A stretch of DNA of 62,761 nt. Origin: Candidatus Thorarchaeota archaeon SMTZ1-45. GTDB taxonomy: Archaea > Asgardarchaeota > Thorarchaeia > Thorarchaeales > Thorarchaeaceae. The position numbers and the translations under genes are program-made. Location of the stretch: the NCBI GenBank assembly GCA_001563335.1, contig LRSL01000001.1:1-62761 (forward strand), in the 5' to 3' direction. Positions within the stretch are counted from its first letter, which is position 1; every line of letters starts with the position of its first letter. Of this stretch, positions 45,983 through 56,875 are shown piece by piece. The notes below the pieces were generated by a model that worked only from the letters and a program-made list of their open reading frames with translations, did no database searches and was not told the DNA's origin.

Positions 45983-48124
45983 ATGGCATCAGACCGTAAT
46001 AGAATCCTCATGGTTCTACTTCGTATGGGGAGAATCATCCTGTTTGCCTTCGGAATATTCACAACATTCTGGTTCTTTTTCAGCTTCATAGGTTTGTTCA
46101 TTGGGATTGGTTGTTTTTTCGCGTTCAGAGAATCCTCATGGTCACGGCACGGTATTGTATTGGCCTTTGCAGCAGGAACAGCTACGCTACTAGCTCATGT
46201 TGTTAAATCAGTAGCTCCTCTTACAATGGCGATAATGAGCTCAATCGCCATTTTAGTGCTGTACTCAATATCTTCTACAATTCTCTGGATTTGGCACAGA
46301 CTTGAGAGAACAACTCCATCCATGATATCTGAGCTTCAAGCAGCCATGAAGACTGTTCCCATGAATCTTCGTAGGTTGCTTATTCTTGTGATTATATTTT
46401 CACCTGTTCTCATGTGGTCAAGTGTGAGTATCGACTTGGGTGTGATGTTTGATAATAGGGCAAGATTGCTCTGGGTGCATGCTCCTTCGACAGTTATTAC
46501 ATCAGCTAGTTTTGAAATCACTGTGGAGGCTTGGGACCCTTATGAGCGGCTGAGTGCGACCTACAAGGGAACTGTCCAATTCTCTATCCTGTCCTACAAT
46601 CTCACTTCATTCAATCAGATAGATAACTCTTCAGTCACTCTACCTTCCCCCTATACATTTACTGGGCAGAACTTTGGGTCTGATATTGCGTATGAGATCC
46701 AAGATGGAAAAGATAATGGACGGCACATTTTCACCGTGACAATAGAAACCCCTGGGATCCATTACATTCTGGTAGAGGATTCCTCTACAGGTAACACTTA
46801 CTACAGTAATCCAATCGTCGCTAAAACTGCCAGTGAGCTTAGCACTATGATCTATTGGGGTGACATCCATAATCACTCTGAACTCTCGGATGGGACTGGC
46901 TCTGCTGCTCACTCATTCTTCTACGGTCGATATATTGCATGTCTGGACTTCATGTCATTGACTGACCATGGGGAGATTATGTTGTTTGGACCTAGTAGTT
47001 TCGATGTTTTGGAGAATGCCACAAATGCAGCGTATGCACCACATCAGTTTGTGACATTTCATGGCCTTGAGTGGACAAACACCGACACAGGTCATTACAC
47101 CTGCATCTTTAGTGGGGATGAGCTACTGAAGGATCCCATTCTCTCCTACCTAACGCTCCCAACAACAGACCTCCTTTGGAATACACTTGATGAGCTCACA
47201 GCTGCAACCAGCTGCAGGGTACTTGCACTTCCTCATCATACAACTCAGAAGCAGTATCTTCAGGACTGGACTTACATCAATCCGAAGTATGTCAAAATAG
47301 TTGAGGTCACATCAGTTCATGGAGAGTGCCTCTTCGAGCAACGTCATCCATTAAACTATGTAGGTCTGATTGCCCCACCCCCAGAATATACGAATGGAAC
47401 ATCCATCATTGATGCCTTCAGAATGGGTTATCGGATGACAATCTATGCCTCAAGCGACCAACACGATGGTCATCCTGGACATTCAATTAGTCATACCCCA
47501 GCCTTTGTAGGTCATCAACGACCATTCAGTGTGTGGCACACGCGAAATGAGCATCCATACCCGGGTGGATTGACTGCTGTTTATGCAACCGAACTTACTC
47601 GTGACTCCATTTTTTCTGCTATAGAGCGTCAAGTGATCTATGCATGTTCTGACCATGGACGCCCTCTTCTTAACTTCACCATCAATGGAGTCAGTGTCGG
47701 AGATGGTTCGACACTCTATGTTGCAAGCCCCTCAACATTACGAGAAATAGAAATAACTCTTGCACAGGACGGGTCTCCTGCTGCAGCATTTCATTCTGCT
47801 GCATCGGTGACTGATAATTGGTTTCCAAATTGGAATGCACAGATTGAAATCATAAAGAATGGAGAGTTGCTTACACGTATTGGAATTAATCAACCTCTTG
47901 TCAATATCACCTACATTGACTCAGAAACCATTACTGGTACATCATATGGTTCTGAGAGTTGTATACTGGTGAATGGTCAGTACTACATCAATGGATATAG
48001 TAACAATCCAATTGATCCTGACACTCTGAATACGAGTGGTGCTGACTTCTATCTAGTCCGGATTGTTGGAGCCAATGGTCGCTATGCATATATTGGTCCC
48101 ATTTGGGTAGAGGTCAATTCTTGA
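45983..48124 (+). CDS. membrane-bound PHP-fold metallohydrolase (DUF3604 / CehA-McbA-like)
   Basis: N-terminal TMs; WGDIHNHSELSDG, LDFMSLTDH, GLEWT...GH, PHH, SSDQHDG, GGLTAVYA.ELTRDSIF. Confidence 0.8.
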   Translation: MASDRNRILMVLLRMGRIILFAFGIFTTFWFFFSFIGLFIGIGCFFAFRESSWSRHGIVLAFAAGTATLLAHVVKSVAPLTMAIMSSIAILVLYSISSTILWIWHRLERTTPSMISELQAAMKTVPMNLRRLLILVIIFSPVLMWSSVSIDLGVMFDNRARLLWVHAPSTVITSASFEITVEAWDPYERLSATYKGTVQFSILSYNLTSFNQIDNSSVTLPSPYTFTGQNFGSDIAYEIQDGKDNGRHIFTVTIETPGIHYILVEDSSTGNTYYSNPIVAKTASELSTMIYWGDIHNHSELSDGTGSAAHSFFYGRYIACLDFMSLTDHGEIMLFGPSSFDVLENATNAAYAPHQFVTFHGLEWTNTDTGHYTCIFSGDELLKDPILSYLTLPTTDLLWNTLDELTAATSCRVLALPHHTTQKQYLQDWTYINPKYVKIVEVTSVHGECLFEQRHPLNYVGLIAPPPEYTNGTSIIDAFRMGYRMTIYASSDQHDGHPGHSISHTPAFVGHQRPFSVWHTRNEHPYPGGLTAVYATELTRDSIFSAIERQVIYACSDHGRPLLNFTINGVSVGDGSTLYVASPSTLREIEITLAQDGSPAAAFHSAASVTDNWFPNWNAQIEIIKNGELLTRIGINQPLVNITYIDSETITGTSYGSESCILVNGQYYINGYSNNPIDPDTLNTSGADFYLVRIVGANGRYAYIGPIWVEVNS

Positions 48125-48126
48125 CC

Positions 48127-48795
48127 TTAATCATTGATTGTGAACTCTTCTCCTTCCTTTAGAGAAACGAATTTTGTGCTTGTGCCAGCTATTCCCTTCT
48201 TGAAGTCATCAATGCTCCTGTCCCACGTGTGCATTGGAATCACAGCTTTCGGTTTGATAATTTTGGTGGCTTCCGCCGCTTCTTTGTTGTCCATCGTATA
48301 TGTATCACCGCATGGAAGTAGTGCAACATCAATTGACCCCAAATCATTCATCTCAGGAATCACATCCGTGTCTCCTGCAAAGTAGATTGTCTTTCCCTCG
48401 ACCTTGACTAGATATCCAACTCCAAATCCCTTTGGGTGAAATGGGTTTCCAGGTGAACGGAATCGCTTCACGTTATATGCATGAACTGCCTTGACTTCTA
48501 TATCATGGAATGTTGACCCTTCTCCTGGCTTCAATGACTCGAATGCATAATCGAGTTTGTCACCGCAGTCCTTTGGTGCTACAACTATTGTGTCTTCATT
48601 ACGTACTTCATTGATTGCTTCAGGGAAACAGTGGTCATTGTGTGAATGAGTCACGAGAACAACTGATGCAGGTTCCAATTTATCTGGAACTTTCTCTCTC
48701 AATTTCTTAGATCTATAGAGGTCAAAATAGACTACCTTCTCATTTGCCTTAATCTGGAAACTAGCATGACCAAGCCATCGAATTGTTACTCCCAT
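48127..48795 (-). CDS. metallo-beta-lactamase fold hydrolase (UPF0173-like)
   Basis: WLGHASF, THSHNDH, YFAGDT, IPMH. Confidence 0.9.
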   Translation of the reverse strand: MGVTIRWLGHASFQIKANEKVVYFDLYRSKKLREKVPDKLEPASVVLVTHSHNDHCFPEAINEVRNEDTIVVAPKDCGDKLDYAFESLKPGEGSTFHDIEVKAVHAYNVKRFRSPGNPFHPKGFGVGYLVKVEGKTIYFAGDTDVIPEMNDLGSIDVALLPCGDTYTMDNKEAAEATKIIKPKAVIPMHTWDRSIDDFKKGIAGTSTKFVSLKEGEEFTIND

Positions 48796-48908
48796 TCAAA
48801 TCACCATTAGAATAGTGTCCAAATTCTCACATAACTCATTTGCTAGAAATAAACAAAACTATAATTGACATTTACACATTATGTTGTAAGTTCAGGAGAT
48901 TGAAGTCC

Positions 48909-51743
48909 ATGCGAAAAGGGAAACTACGCTCCAGACGTGGTATATCGGTAGCGTTACTTCTTATCCTATTTGGTACAACTATATTGATTTCTATACCTGT
49001 AGCAACATATGCAAGTCCAATCTCACAGACACCAAAGACAACTAATAGTATGATGTCTGAATCCATATATAGAGAATTTAGTGAACGCCGTTGGGATTTC
49101 AGGAGTTGCGAACCTCAATTTACCTCTCTCTTAGCACTGAGTAGTATCCGGTTTTCAAATGATGTCCTTCAATTGGACTCGAGTATGCCTCCTGATTTAA
49201 GTCCATTTGGAACACCACACGCTCCCATTGATATTGATGATAACACCGATTTTGTAACTCAGGGCTGGCCTGGTAATGGTACTGTTGAAGACCCATACGT
49301 TATTGCAGGTCTTAATATCAATGCAACTGCTACTGGAGGAGTAGCCATCAACATCACAAATACAGATGTCCATTTCTTCATCAAGGACTGTTGGCTAACA
49401 GCCAATAGCACCTCTGTTATCGAGCTGAACTCAATCGCACATGGCCGCGTCAAGAACAACACGATACTACAGAGTAGTAGGGGTGTGGTCGCGCTTCATT
49501 CAGAAGATTTGACTATTTTTGATAATCTGTTCTACGAATTTAGTTGGGCTGGTGTCTATATGGAAGACTGTTCGCTTTCATCACTCAGGGGCAATAACTG
49601 CACAACCTGCTTCATTGGACTCCATATCGAGCAATCGAACAACATCTTCATTGAAGATAATTATTGTACTGATTGTCTTGGAGGTATTGAACTCTACCTT
49701 GGATGTGAATATATTACTACACACAATAACACCCTTGTGAGCAACGAGGTTGGAATAGGTCTATACTTGGACTGTGAAGATAACATCATAGATTCAAACA
49801 ATTGCACACTCACGAATATGTATGGTATTTATGCTCTGGAATGTGCCAATAACACCATTCTGAACAATTATGGTCGAGTAAATGGTATTGATATTCTTCT
49901 ACAGAACAGCACATCACATACAATACATAACAATGATTGTGGGACCACTACGGGATTGATTGACGCTGGGTCGATATCTCTTGACAATTCAAACAACAGC
50001 ATCATCACAGGTAATCATGTTGAAAATTCGTTTATTTGTATAGAAGCAACAAGAGGTAGCTCCCACAATGAGATAGCAAATAATACCTGCTTCCTCTATT
50101 TAGGTGGTATCGTGGCTTGGTATGGTGCCCCATATAATACAATCACAAACAATACTTGTGACAGTCAGTGGTCTGGCGATGTTGACATATTTGTGGAAAC
50201 TTCTTCATACTGCACGGTGACTGAGAATAAATGTAACCACTCAATGTTCAATATAGTGAGCATTGAAAGCAACAATGTCAGTGTAGTTGACAATTTGTGC
50301 TACGAAACTACAGAAGCTGGTATCTGGTTTTCTATTGGATATCACGTCCTTATCAAAGGAAACACCCTTGGAAATGGCTCAACAGGCATTGTATTGGAAG
50401 ATGTAGTCTACGGATCAGTTCTCGACAATACAGTTTCTAACTTCACTGCAACATGGATGGGTGGTCCCACAGGGATTCATCTAACTAATGCATACAACTC
50501 ATCAGTTGTAGGGAACCATATCACTGAGTGCAACGTAGCCATCTACATGGAACAATCTAGCAAGTGTAACATAACCGACAATACATGTATCGATAATCAG
50601 GATGGTATTTTCGTAGTTATTTCCAATTTTGACATAGTCATAGACAAGAATTACTGCCACCTTACAATGGGATATGCTATTATTGTAGCTGAAACTTACA
50701 ATTGTACAGTGACCAGAAACGTATGCACAAACACAACTGGTCTGGAGGGCATATGCCTTGGTGTTTATGATGCACAATGTGATGCCTTTTGGAATGAATT
50801 TCGCCTCAGTGATATCGGTATTGATTTTGAAGGTCATAAAGGAGTAATAACTCACAATACAATAAAAGACAATGAATTGTTTGGACTGTATATTTTGGGA
50901 CTTCTAGATGTTAATGTAACTTGGAATATTTTTGATGAAAATGGTCAGAATGTTCGAGATGACAGCGTACAGACCATTTTTGACTATAATTATTACTCCA
51001 ATTATACTGGTGTTGATGCAAATGCTGATGGGATTGGAGACACATGGCATCCCATTGACGGTTTAGCAAATAACAACGATACTCATCCACTCATGTATTA
51101 TCCAACTTCCCCTACTTGGCTTGAGGCGCCTATGGACCAACAAGCAGAGTATGGTGAAGAGTTCACCTATAGTATTAGTGTTGTAACTTCTCCAAAATCA
51201 GCACCGATTTCTGAATGGTGGATCAATGATTCACAATTCGTCATTAATGATGGAATCATCTCATACGCCCTTGCTTTAGGTTTCGGTGGTTATCCATTAG
51301 AGGTCCGTGCTTACAATCTCTATGGGTACTATGTCAGTGGGACATTTACAGTCACTGTTGCTGATACTGTTGCTCCCACTATTATAGGACCTGATGATTT
51401 TGACTATATTGTTGGTCAGGTCGGGCGTTGGATCACATGGATAGCTGAAGATCATGATCCTGCAAGTTATAGTGTAACTCTAGATGGAATTGAAGTCATG
51501 TCTGGTGCATGGAACTCCACAGCAGAGAATGTCACTATTAGTGTTGATGGTCTTAGTGTTGGTGACCATACCTTTGTAATTGTATTCCTTGATGGTAGTG
51601 GAAATGCAAACACAGACACTGTTGTGGTCACTGTAAGACTGGAAGACTTCACACCTCTTCTATTTATAGCTGGAATCGGTGCAGTAGCTATAGTAGCAAT
51701 CACAGTGATCTATCTGACTCGAAAGAAAGGAAGTGGAGAATAA
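48909..51743 (+). CDS. large NosD/CASH beta-helix surface protein with Ig-like domains and C-terminal anchor
   Basis: WPGNGTVEDPYVI, many N..C/GI beta-helix rungs, DANADGIGD, TM followed by RKK. Probable start ATG 48909. Confidence 0.8.
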   Translation: MRKGKLRSRRGISVALLLILFGTTILISIPVATYASPISQTPKTTNSMMSESIYREFSERRWDFRSCEPQFTSLLALSSIRFSNDVLQLDSSMPPDLSPFGTPHAPIDIDDNTDFVTQGWPGNGTVEDPYVIAGLNINATATGGVAINITNTDVHFFIKDCWLTANSTSVIELNSIAHGRVKNNTILQSSRGVVALHSEDLTIFDNLFYEFSWAGVYMEDCSLSSLRGNNCTTCFIGLHIEQSNNIFIEDNYCTDCLGGIELYLGCEYITTHNNTLVSNEVGIGLYLDCEDNIIDSNNCTLTNMYGIYALECANNTILNNYGRVNGIDILLQNSTSHTIHNNDCGTTTGLIDAGSISLDNSNNSIITGNHVENSFICIEATRGSSHNEIANNTCFLYLGGIVAWYGAPYNTITNNTCDSQWSGDVDIFVETSSYCTVTENKCNHSMFNIVSIESNNVSVVDNLCYETTEAGIWFSIGYHVLIKGNTLGNGSTGIVLEDVVYGSVLDNTVSNFTATWMGGPTGIHLTNAYNSSVVGNHITECNVAIYMEQSSKCNITDNTCIDNQDGIFVVISNFDIVIDKNYCHLTMGYAIIVAETYNCTVTRNVCTNTTGLEGICLGVYDAQCDAFWNEFRLSDIGIDFEGHKGVITHNTIKDNELFGLYILGLLDVNVTWNIFDENGQNVRDDSVQTIFDYNYYSNYTGVDANADGIGDTWHPIDGLANNNDTHPLMYYPTSPTWLEAPMDQQAEYGEEFTYSISVVTSPKSAPISEWWINDSQFVINDGIISYALALGFGGYPLEVRAYNLYGYYVSGTFTVTVADTVAPTIIGPDDFDYIVGQVGRWITWIAEDHDPASYSVTLDGIEVMSGAWNSTAENVTISVDGLSVGDHTFVIVFLDGSGNANTDTVVVTVRLEDFTPLLFIAGIGAVAIVAITVIYLTRKKGSGE

Positions 51744-51801
51744 TGTCTTAAGGGGTTTATCCTGCTGCTGATACCTAGCTCTTTCTTCACTATATGTCCC
51801 A

Positions 51802-52479
51802 TTATTGTGTTATTATCGAAAGGTCACTTCTGTCGTAGAGAATCCAAATTAGCCAGAGCCATCCAATGCCTGTAAACGCTGTAGTGATCTCTGGTATTGC
51901 ATTACCTGACCAGAAGGGGAAGGAACCACCAAACCATGAGGTCCACATATAGATTGAGAAGAATGGCATTATGATTGATATTAGAGAAAACCACCAGAAT
52001 TTTCTAAATCTCAAGAAACCAAGTCCCACAAACCACATTGCAAAGGGGAAACTCCCGAAGAATCCCACAGAAACATAGAAGTGAATTGCACCAGCATTTT
52101 CCGAGAACACACCAATTGCAATGAGAAAAATCAATGCAATGAAGAATGGAATAAAACCAATCTTTGTTGGCAGGTCTTTAATCACTTTCGTGAAAGAATA
52201 GCTGAAAATCAACAACAGTGCTCCCGCTAGTACAAGTCCAACGTTGAACACGATGGCTGCAAGCAGACCATTATCGTAATTGCCCAGGTCACTCAGAGCA
52301 TTACCATCCCAGGTGAACCATGAGAGTGAGAGTATAATTGCTACTGAAATAGCTACAAGTGCAATTATAGGTCCAATAATTCCTAATATGCCTGGGAACT
52401 TTCTTGATGGACACTTCTCATCAGCTGACATGGTTCTTGTTGGAGTAATCCTCCTTTTTAGTTGTAGGTAAGACATCAT
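51802..52479 (-). CDS. DUF998-family membrane protein
   Basis: WFTW..NALSDLG, FNVGL, IGVFSE...IH..VS..FF, AIPE. Confidence 0.8.
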   Translation of the reverse strand: MMSYLQLKRRITPTRTMSADEKCPSRKFPGILGIIGPIIALVAISVAIILSLSWFTWDGNALSDLGNYDNGLLAAIVFNVGLVLAGALLLIFSYSFTKVIKDLPTKIGFIPFFIALIFLIAIGVFSENAGAIHFYVSVGFFGSFPFAMWFVGLGFLRFRKFWWFSLISIIMPFFSIYMWTSWFGGSFPFWSGNAIPEITTAFTGIGWLWLIWILYDRSDLSIITQ

Positions 52480-52548
52480 CTGACGGATGAAGTTTAAAAC
52501 CTCTCAATCATTTGATTGACTTGGATATAACTAACAAGAGGAGTAAAC

Positions 52549-52914
52549 ATGGCTGAGATTGCAGAGTGCCCCTATTGCGGAGCTAGAGTACCAACTGACC
52601 GAGTAATGGATTATGATAATAAGGTCAAACTCCGCTGTAAGAACTGCGGTGGCTTTTTCGAGTACCTTCCTGGATTCGGAGCTTTCAGTCTCCCAGAAGA
52701 AGAACGAATGGTTTCAACCAGAACAGAAGGTTCGATACCAGAAACCTACTATGGGTTCCCTGATACTGAAACTCCTTGGAGAATTGAACAACCACCTCCA
52801 GAAACCGGTACCGCTGGTGCAGCATGTTTTGTAATTCTATGTATGTGTTGTTTCTTACCTATACTATTCTTCGTTATGATGCTTATTTTGGGAATTGGCT
52901 TCTTCTGGTTCTAG
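52549..52914 (+). CDS. zinc-ribbon protein with Cys-rich C-terminal membrane anchor
   Basis: CPYCG...CKNCG; tail ACFVILCMCCFLPILFF...; GAGGAG SD. Confidence 0.75.
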   Translation: MAEIAECPYCGARVPTDRVMDYDNKVKLRCKNCGGFFEYLPGFGAFSLPEEERMVSTRTEGSIPETYYGFPDTETPWRIEQPPPETGTAGAACFVILCMCCFLPILFFVMMLILGIGFFWF

Positions 52915-52940
52915 CGGGAAACAATATGGTGAATACTGCG

Positions 52941-53267
52941 ATGTCTGAATTTCCAGAATGCCCATTTTGTGAACATCAGTTGACCGAGTCGATCCCAGAA
53001 ACCATTGAAGGCTCCATAAAAATCAGATGTCCTTCCTGTCAACAACGTTATGAATTCATTCCAAAAACAGGATCGTTTCCTTTAGATGAAGACTATGGCA
53101 TCACTGTTACAAAGGGCATTCTCGGACCTCATGTGATATCCAAAAGTACCGAGGCGACTGATGAACTCTCGCTGTCACGTGCTCTTCTCATCGGGGGTTC
53201 CTGTTGTTGCACAATAGTAGTTATCATCCCTATCGTTTTATCTTTGCTGCTGGCACTCCTTGGATGA
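52941..53267 (+). CDS. zinc-ribbon protein with Cys-rich C-terminal membrane anchor (paralog of the preceding gene)
   Basis: ECPFC...IRCPSC...YEFIP..GSF; tail GGSCCCTIVVIIPIV. ATG 52941 follows GGTGA. Confidence 0.72.
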   Translation: MSEFPECPFCEHQLTESIPETIEGSIKIRCPSCQQRYEFIPKTGSFPLDEDYGITVTKGILGPHVISKSTEATDELSLSRALLIGGSCCCTIVVIIPIVLSLLLALLG

Positions 53268-53356
53268 AACTTCTCTATCTTCATGGTCAAAGATAAAAGG
53301 AATGTTGTTTCAGCCCCGATTAAATACTCTGGAAAACTAAGATCAGGTGACAATAT

Positions 53357-54271
53357 TTGACAGAGGCTGAGGTAGAAGACAAGCGTATCACACTTGCAGA
53401 GGCTGCAAAGAAAGTCTCTGATGGAAACGGGCTTTTTTGGGGTGGATTTGGATATCAGAGACCTCCGATTGCTTTTTCCCATGAACTTGTCAGACAAAAG
53501 AAACGAAATCTTACAGTCTATACCTGCGGGTCAGAAGTTGACCTTGAGATCATGGCTGGTGCTCATGTAGTTGACAGGTATGAAATCGCATTCTCCGCGA
53601 TAGAGGCTCTGGGCCTCTCAAACAATATCAGACGAAGAGTTTCAGAGGGAGTATTGCAAGTTGAAGACTACACCAATCTTGCAATGGCTATGCGCTTTCT
53701 TGGTGGTTCGTTAAATATACCATTCATGCCTCTTAGAAGTATGATGGGGACTGACATGGTTCGACTGTCGAGATATCTTGGGGAAAATAAACTCAAAGTC
53801 ATTGACTGTCCTTTCACAGGTCAAAAGCTCACGGTGGTTCCATCTCTTAAACCTGATTTTAGTATCGTTCATGTGCAGCGTGTTGATAAAACAGGCAATG
53901 CGCAGATTGATGGAATAGTTGGTGAAGATATTGAAGGGTCTCGTTGTGGAGAGAAACTCATAGTTCTTGCAGAGGAACTCATTGACGAAGAGGATATCCG
54001 ATCTCGACCTGATCAAACGAAGATTCCTGCTATGTATGTAGATCATGTAGTGATTCTGCCCTTCATCGCCCACCCAATGATGTGTCATGGCTACTACGAC
54101 TATGACTTGGAACATCTCATGATGTTCCATAAACTAACGGAGACTGAGGAAGGCTGGCAAGAGTATCTTGATGGTTACATACTAGGGGTAGAAGATCACT
54201 ATGGCTATCTCGATTTAGTGAGTTGGCCAAGGCTTCATCAGCTGAAAGCAAAGAAACCATGGGGGTATTGA
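53357..54271 (+). CDS. family I CoA-transferase subunit A (glutaconate CoA-transferase-like)
   Basis: HELVRQ, PFMPLRSMMGTD, CPFTG, IVHVQRVD..GNAQI, YYDYD. Confidence 0.88.
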   Translation: MTEAEVEDKRITLAEAAKKVSDGNGLFWGGFGYQRPPIAFSHELVRQKKRNLTVYTCGSEVDLEIMAGAHVVDRYEIAFSAIEALGLSNNIRRRVSEGVLQVEDYTNLAMAMRFLGGSLNIPFMPLRSMMGTDMVRLSRYLGENKLKVIDCPFTGQKLTVVPSLKPDFSIVHVQRVDKTGNAQIDGIVGEDIEGSRCGEKLIVLAEELIDEEDIRSRPDQTKIPAMYVDHVVILPFIAHPMMCHGYYDYDLEHLMMFHKLTETEEGWQEYLDGYILGVEDHYGYLDLVSWPRLHQLKAKKPWGY

Positions 54272-54272
54272 A

Positions 54273-55043
54273 ATGGTTGAATACACAAAGACCGAATTCT
54301 TGATCGCTTGTGCCTCAAGTCATGTCCGAGATGGCGAAAATGTCTTTGGAGGGACTGGAATGCCTCTCCTCGCAGCTCTTCTAGCTAAAGAAACTCATGC
54401 TCCTCGTTCTAACCTCATTTCAGAGGCTGGTTTCATTGACGCTCGGCCTAGAGAGGTTCCACTATCTGTGGCTGATACAAGGTATTACTATGGTTGCTCA
54501 GCATCAATAGGTCTGATTGAAACCTTAGGTTTTCTTCTTCAAGGAGGAAGGATTGACGTCGGTTTTCTTGGAGCAGCACAGATTGATGAATATGGAAATC
54601 TGAATACAAGTTACATTGGTCCTTATGAGAAACCCAAAGTCAAACTTCCAGGGAGCGGCGGAGGTAATGATATCGCATCATCTGCAAAGCGTCTTATTGT
54701 AATGATGTCGCATGATAAACGTAAGTTTGTGAAGACGCTCGACTACATGACATCGCCAGGTCATCTTGAGGGTCCAGGTTCTCGTGAAAAGTGGTCTATG
54801 GTTGGAAAAGGTCCAGAGGTTGTCATCACTGATATGTGCCAGATGGACTTTGAGCCTGAATCATTGAAGATACGTCTAAAATCAGTTCATCCAGGATACA
54901 CTGTTCAAGATGTAATAGACAACATTATGTTCGACCTTATCGTGCCTGATGATGTTCCAACAACAAATGAACCAACACAAGAGCAGATTGATATCATGCA
55001 CAAGCTCGATCCAAAAGGAATCTATCTTGGTAAAGGTGGATAG
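54273..55043 (+). CDS. family I CoA-transferase subunit B
   Basis: GTGMP, catalytic Glu in ISEAG, GFLGAAQID.YGNLN, LPGSGG.NDI. Confidence 0.9.
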   Translation: MVEYTKTEFLIACASSHVRDGENVFGGTGMPLLAALLAKETHAPRSNLISEAGFIDARPREVPLSVADTRYYYGCSASIGLIETLGFLLQGGRIDVGFLGAAQIDEYGNLNTSYIGPYEKPKVKLPGSGGGNDIASSAKRLIVMMSHDKRKFVKTLDYMTSPGHLEGPGSREKWSMVGKGPEVVITDMCQMDFEPESLKIRLKSVHPGYTVQDVIDNIMFDLIVPDDVPTTNEPTQEQIDIMHKLDPKGIYLGKGG

Positions 55044-55064
55044 TACTCTGGAGAATGGACATTC

Positions 55065-55808
55065 TTGAGCTTATTAGACCTCAGTGCATTTGAAACAGTC
55101 ATTTTTGACTTGGACTCAACTTTGACAAATACCCACAGATATCCAATAGTGGCTAGTGAGTGGCTTCTCAAGAAAATTGGCATAGACTCAGAGGAACTCA
55201 TGTCATCCTATATCCGAAATCTTGTCATTAGGTATAGAAAAGCACTTCAAGCCATTGTGGAGGGTGCTCCCTTTCGCTCACCCTTTGACATTATATATAC
55301 TGCAATGAAAAACAGTCTCGAGGATATTGAACAGAAAGTTGATTCTACGCTTGTGAATGAAGCAACTCAAAGATTCAAAGCACTTCATTTGGAGCTTTCA
55401 ACACCTTATGATGGAGTGCTTGAAATACTTGAGAAATTGAAGGCTCGGAACATTAAGCTTGGAGTGATATCAAACTCCTTTGCAGGTCATGCAAGAATCA
55501 TCCTAACAAATCTAGAGCTAGATTACTTCTTTTCTTCCATAGTGGATTGTGGTGATGTCAACGCATACAAACCAATGAAGGAGCCATTCGAGAGAGTGCT
55601 ACGTGAGCTAAACACTGAGGTTTCACGATCAATCTATATAGGTGACGAGTACTATGCAGACATGGTGGGTGCTAAATTAGTAGGTTTGACTACGATATGG
55701 ATAAACAACCGAAATATCTCTCTTGAGGATCAAGTTGCGAAGTATGGGTCTTCTTCGACACCTGATTTTGTATTGAGTTCAACCCATGAATTTCTTCAGT
55801 TATTCTAG
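55065..55808 (+). CDS. HAD-superfamily hydrolase
   Basis: FDLDSTL, ISNS, KP, IGDEYYADM.GA. Confidence 0.9.
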   Translation: MSLLDLSAFETVIFDLDSTLTNTHRYPIVASEWLLKKIGIDSEELMSSYIRNLVIRYRKALQAIVEGAPFRSPFDIIYTAMKNSLEDIEQKVDSTLVNEATQRFKALHLELSTPYDGVLEILEKLKARNIKLGVISNSFAGHARIILTNLELDYFFSSIVDCGDVNAYKPMKEPFERVLRELNTEVSRSIYIGDEYYADMVGAKLVGLTTIWINNRNISLEDQVAKYGSSSTPDFVLSSTHEFLQLF

Positions 55809-55896
55809 TAAATTCGTACTACCTATACCAACGCAACAAACATATTAACCACCACAAAGAGTTCCATGCAGCACACCACTGAGAATTGGAAGGAGT

Positions 55897-56355
55897 ATGA
55901 GAACTTTGAGTGATGGCAAAGACCCAAGTGGCCCAGCAAAAGCACGATCTGACCTTATTGATATTCTAAGCCACGACCCTGAGAACACAGAAGCAATTGT
56001 CACAATAATTCAGAATGAACTCACTGATCTAAAAGATGGCAAAGCTGTTTCTGAGATTTCTAATGCACTCAAAGAAGCTGCAGCAGCATCCAACGTTGCT
56101 GACGATGCAAGAAATAATGTGCTCTATTGGCTGACTGAAACAACTCCCGATATACGTCAAATGATTCTTGTTCAGACCATCGAGGAGCTACTAGGAATGC
56201 CCCAATGCAAGGATGCGACAATAGCTGCCCTCACGCGAATCTCATCCGAAGACAATGTAAAGATGGTTATGGAGTGGGTGGGCAGGAAGATTCTCACACT
56301 GAACCAAGCTGTCTATGTGCTCCTTTATCCCGACTCATCTGCGGCACTAAAATGA
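55897..56355 (+). CDS. hypothetical all-helical protein
   Basis: 152-aa ORF with AGGAG SD; no motif recognised. Confidence 0.6.
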   Translation: MRTLSDGKDPSGPAKARSDLIDILSHDPENTEAIVTIIQNELTDLKDGKAVSEISNALKEAAAASNVADDARNNVLYWLTETTPDIRQMILVQTIEELLGMPQCKDATIAALTRISSEDNVKMVMEWVGRKILTLNQAVYVLLYPDSSAALK

Positions 56356-56375
56356 ACACATCTTTCTGACTGCAC

Positions 56376-56642
56376 CTATAAATCAGGCATATACTTCTTG
56401 ATGTATTTCTCCCAATCGGGTTCCAATTCCAATACTCTCTTCACACAATCTTTAGCTTCTTTCCTCTGATTTAGTTTATAGTGGAGCTTTGCTTTGTGGA
56501 ACCATGCTTTTGCGAAACTACTATCGAGCTTCACAGACTCCTCATAGGCTTTCAAAGCATCTTCAAATTCACCCTTTGTTTCATGTATCCGAGCAACACT
56601 AAACCAATCAAACTGAGTTCTCTCGTGTATCTCTGCAGACAT
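56376..56642 (-). CDS. small TPR protein
   Basis: Two TPR units (A...YE..V.LD...AKAW..KA.L....A......LELEP). Confidence 0.8.
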   Translation of the reverse strand: MSAEIHERTQFDWFSVARIHETKGEFEDALKAYEESVKLDSSFAKAWFHKAKLHYKLNQRKEAKDCVKRVLELEPDWEKYIKKYMPDL

Positions 56643-56875
56643 TTAGATTCAATCCCCTTTCTCAAGAAATTCTTGTTGTGAAGCCTAATAACTATGGAGT
56701 GTGCTAGTAGCAACCTTTTGATAAGTTTGTCTTGATTATAATGGCTCTACAAAGTCTTAAAAGTATCCATAAAGTTTCAATCTGGTAAAACTCTTCTCAT
56801 AAGTTTGATTTCATAATATCTACTCATTTGCCACAAAATTGTCATTATAAATACATACTAATTGTTCTCAGTTAG

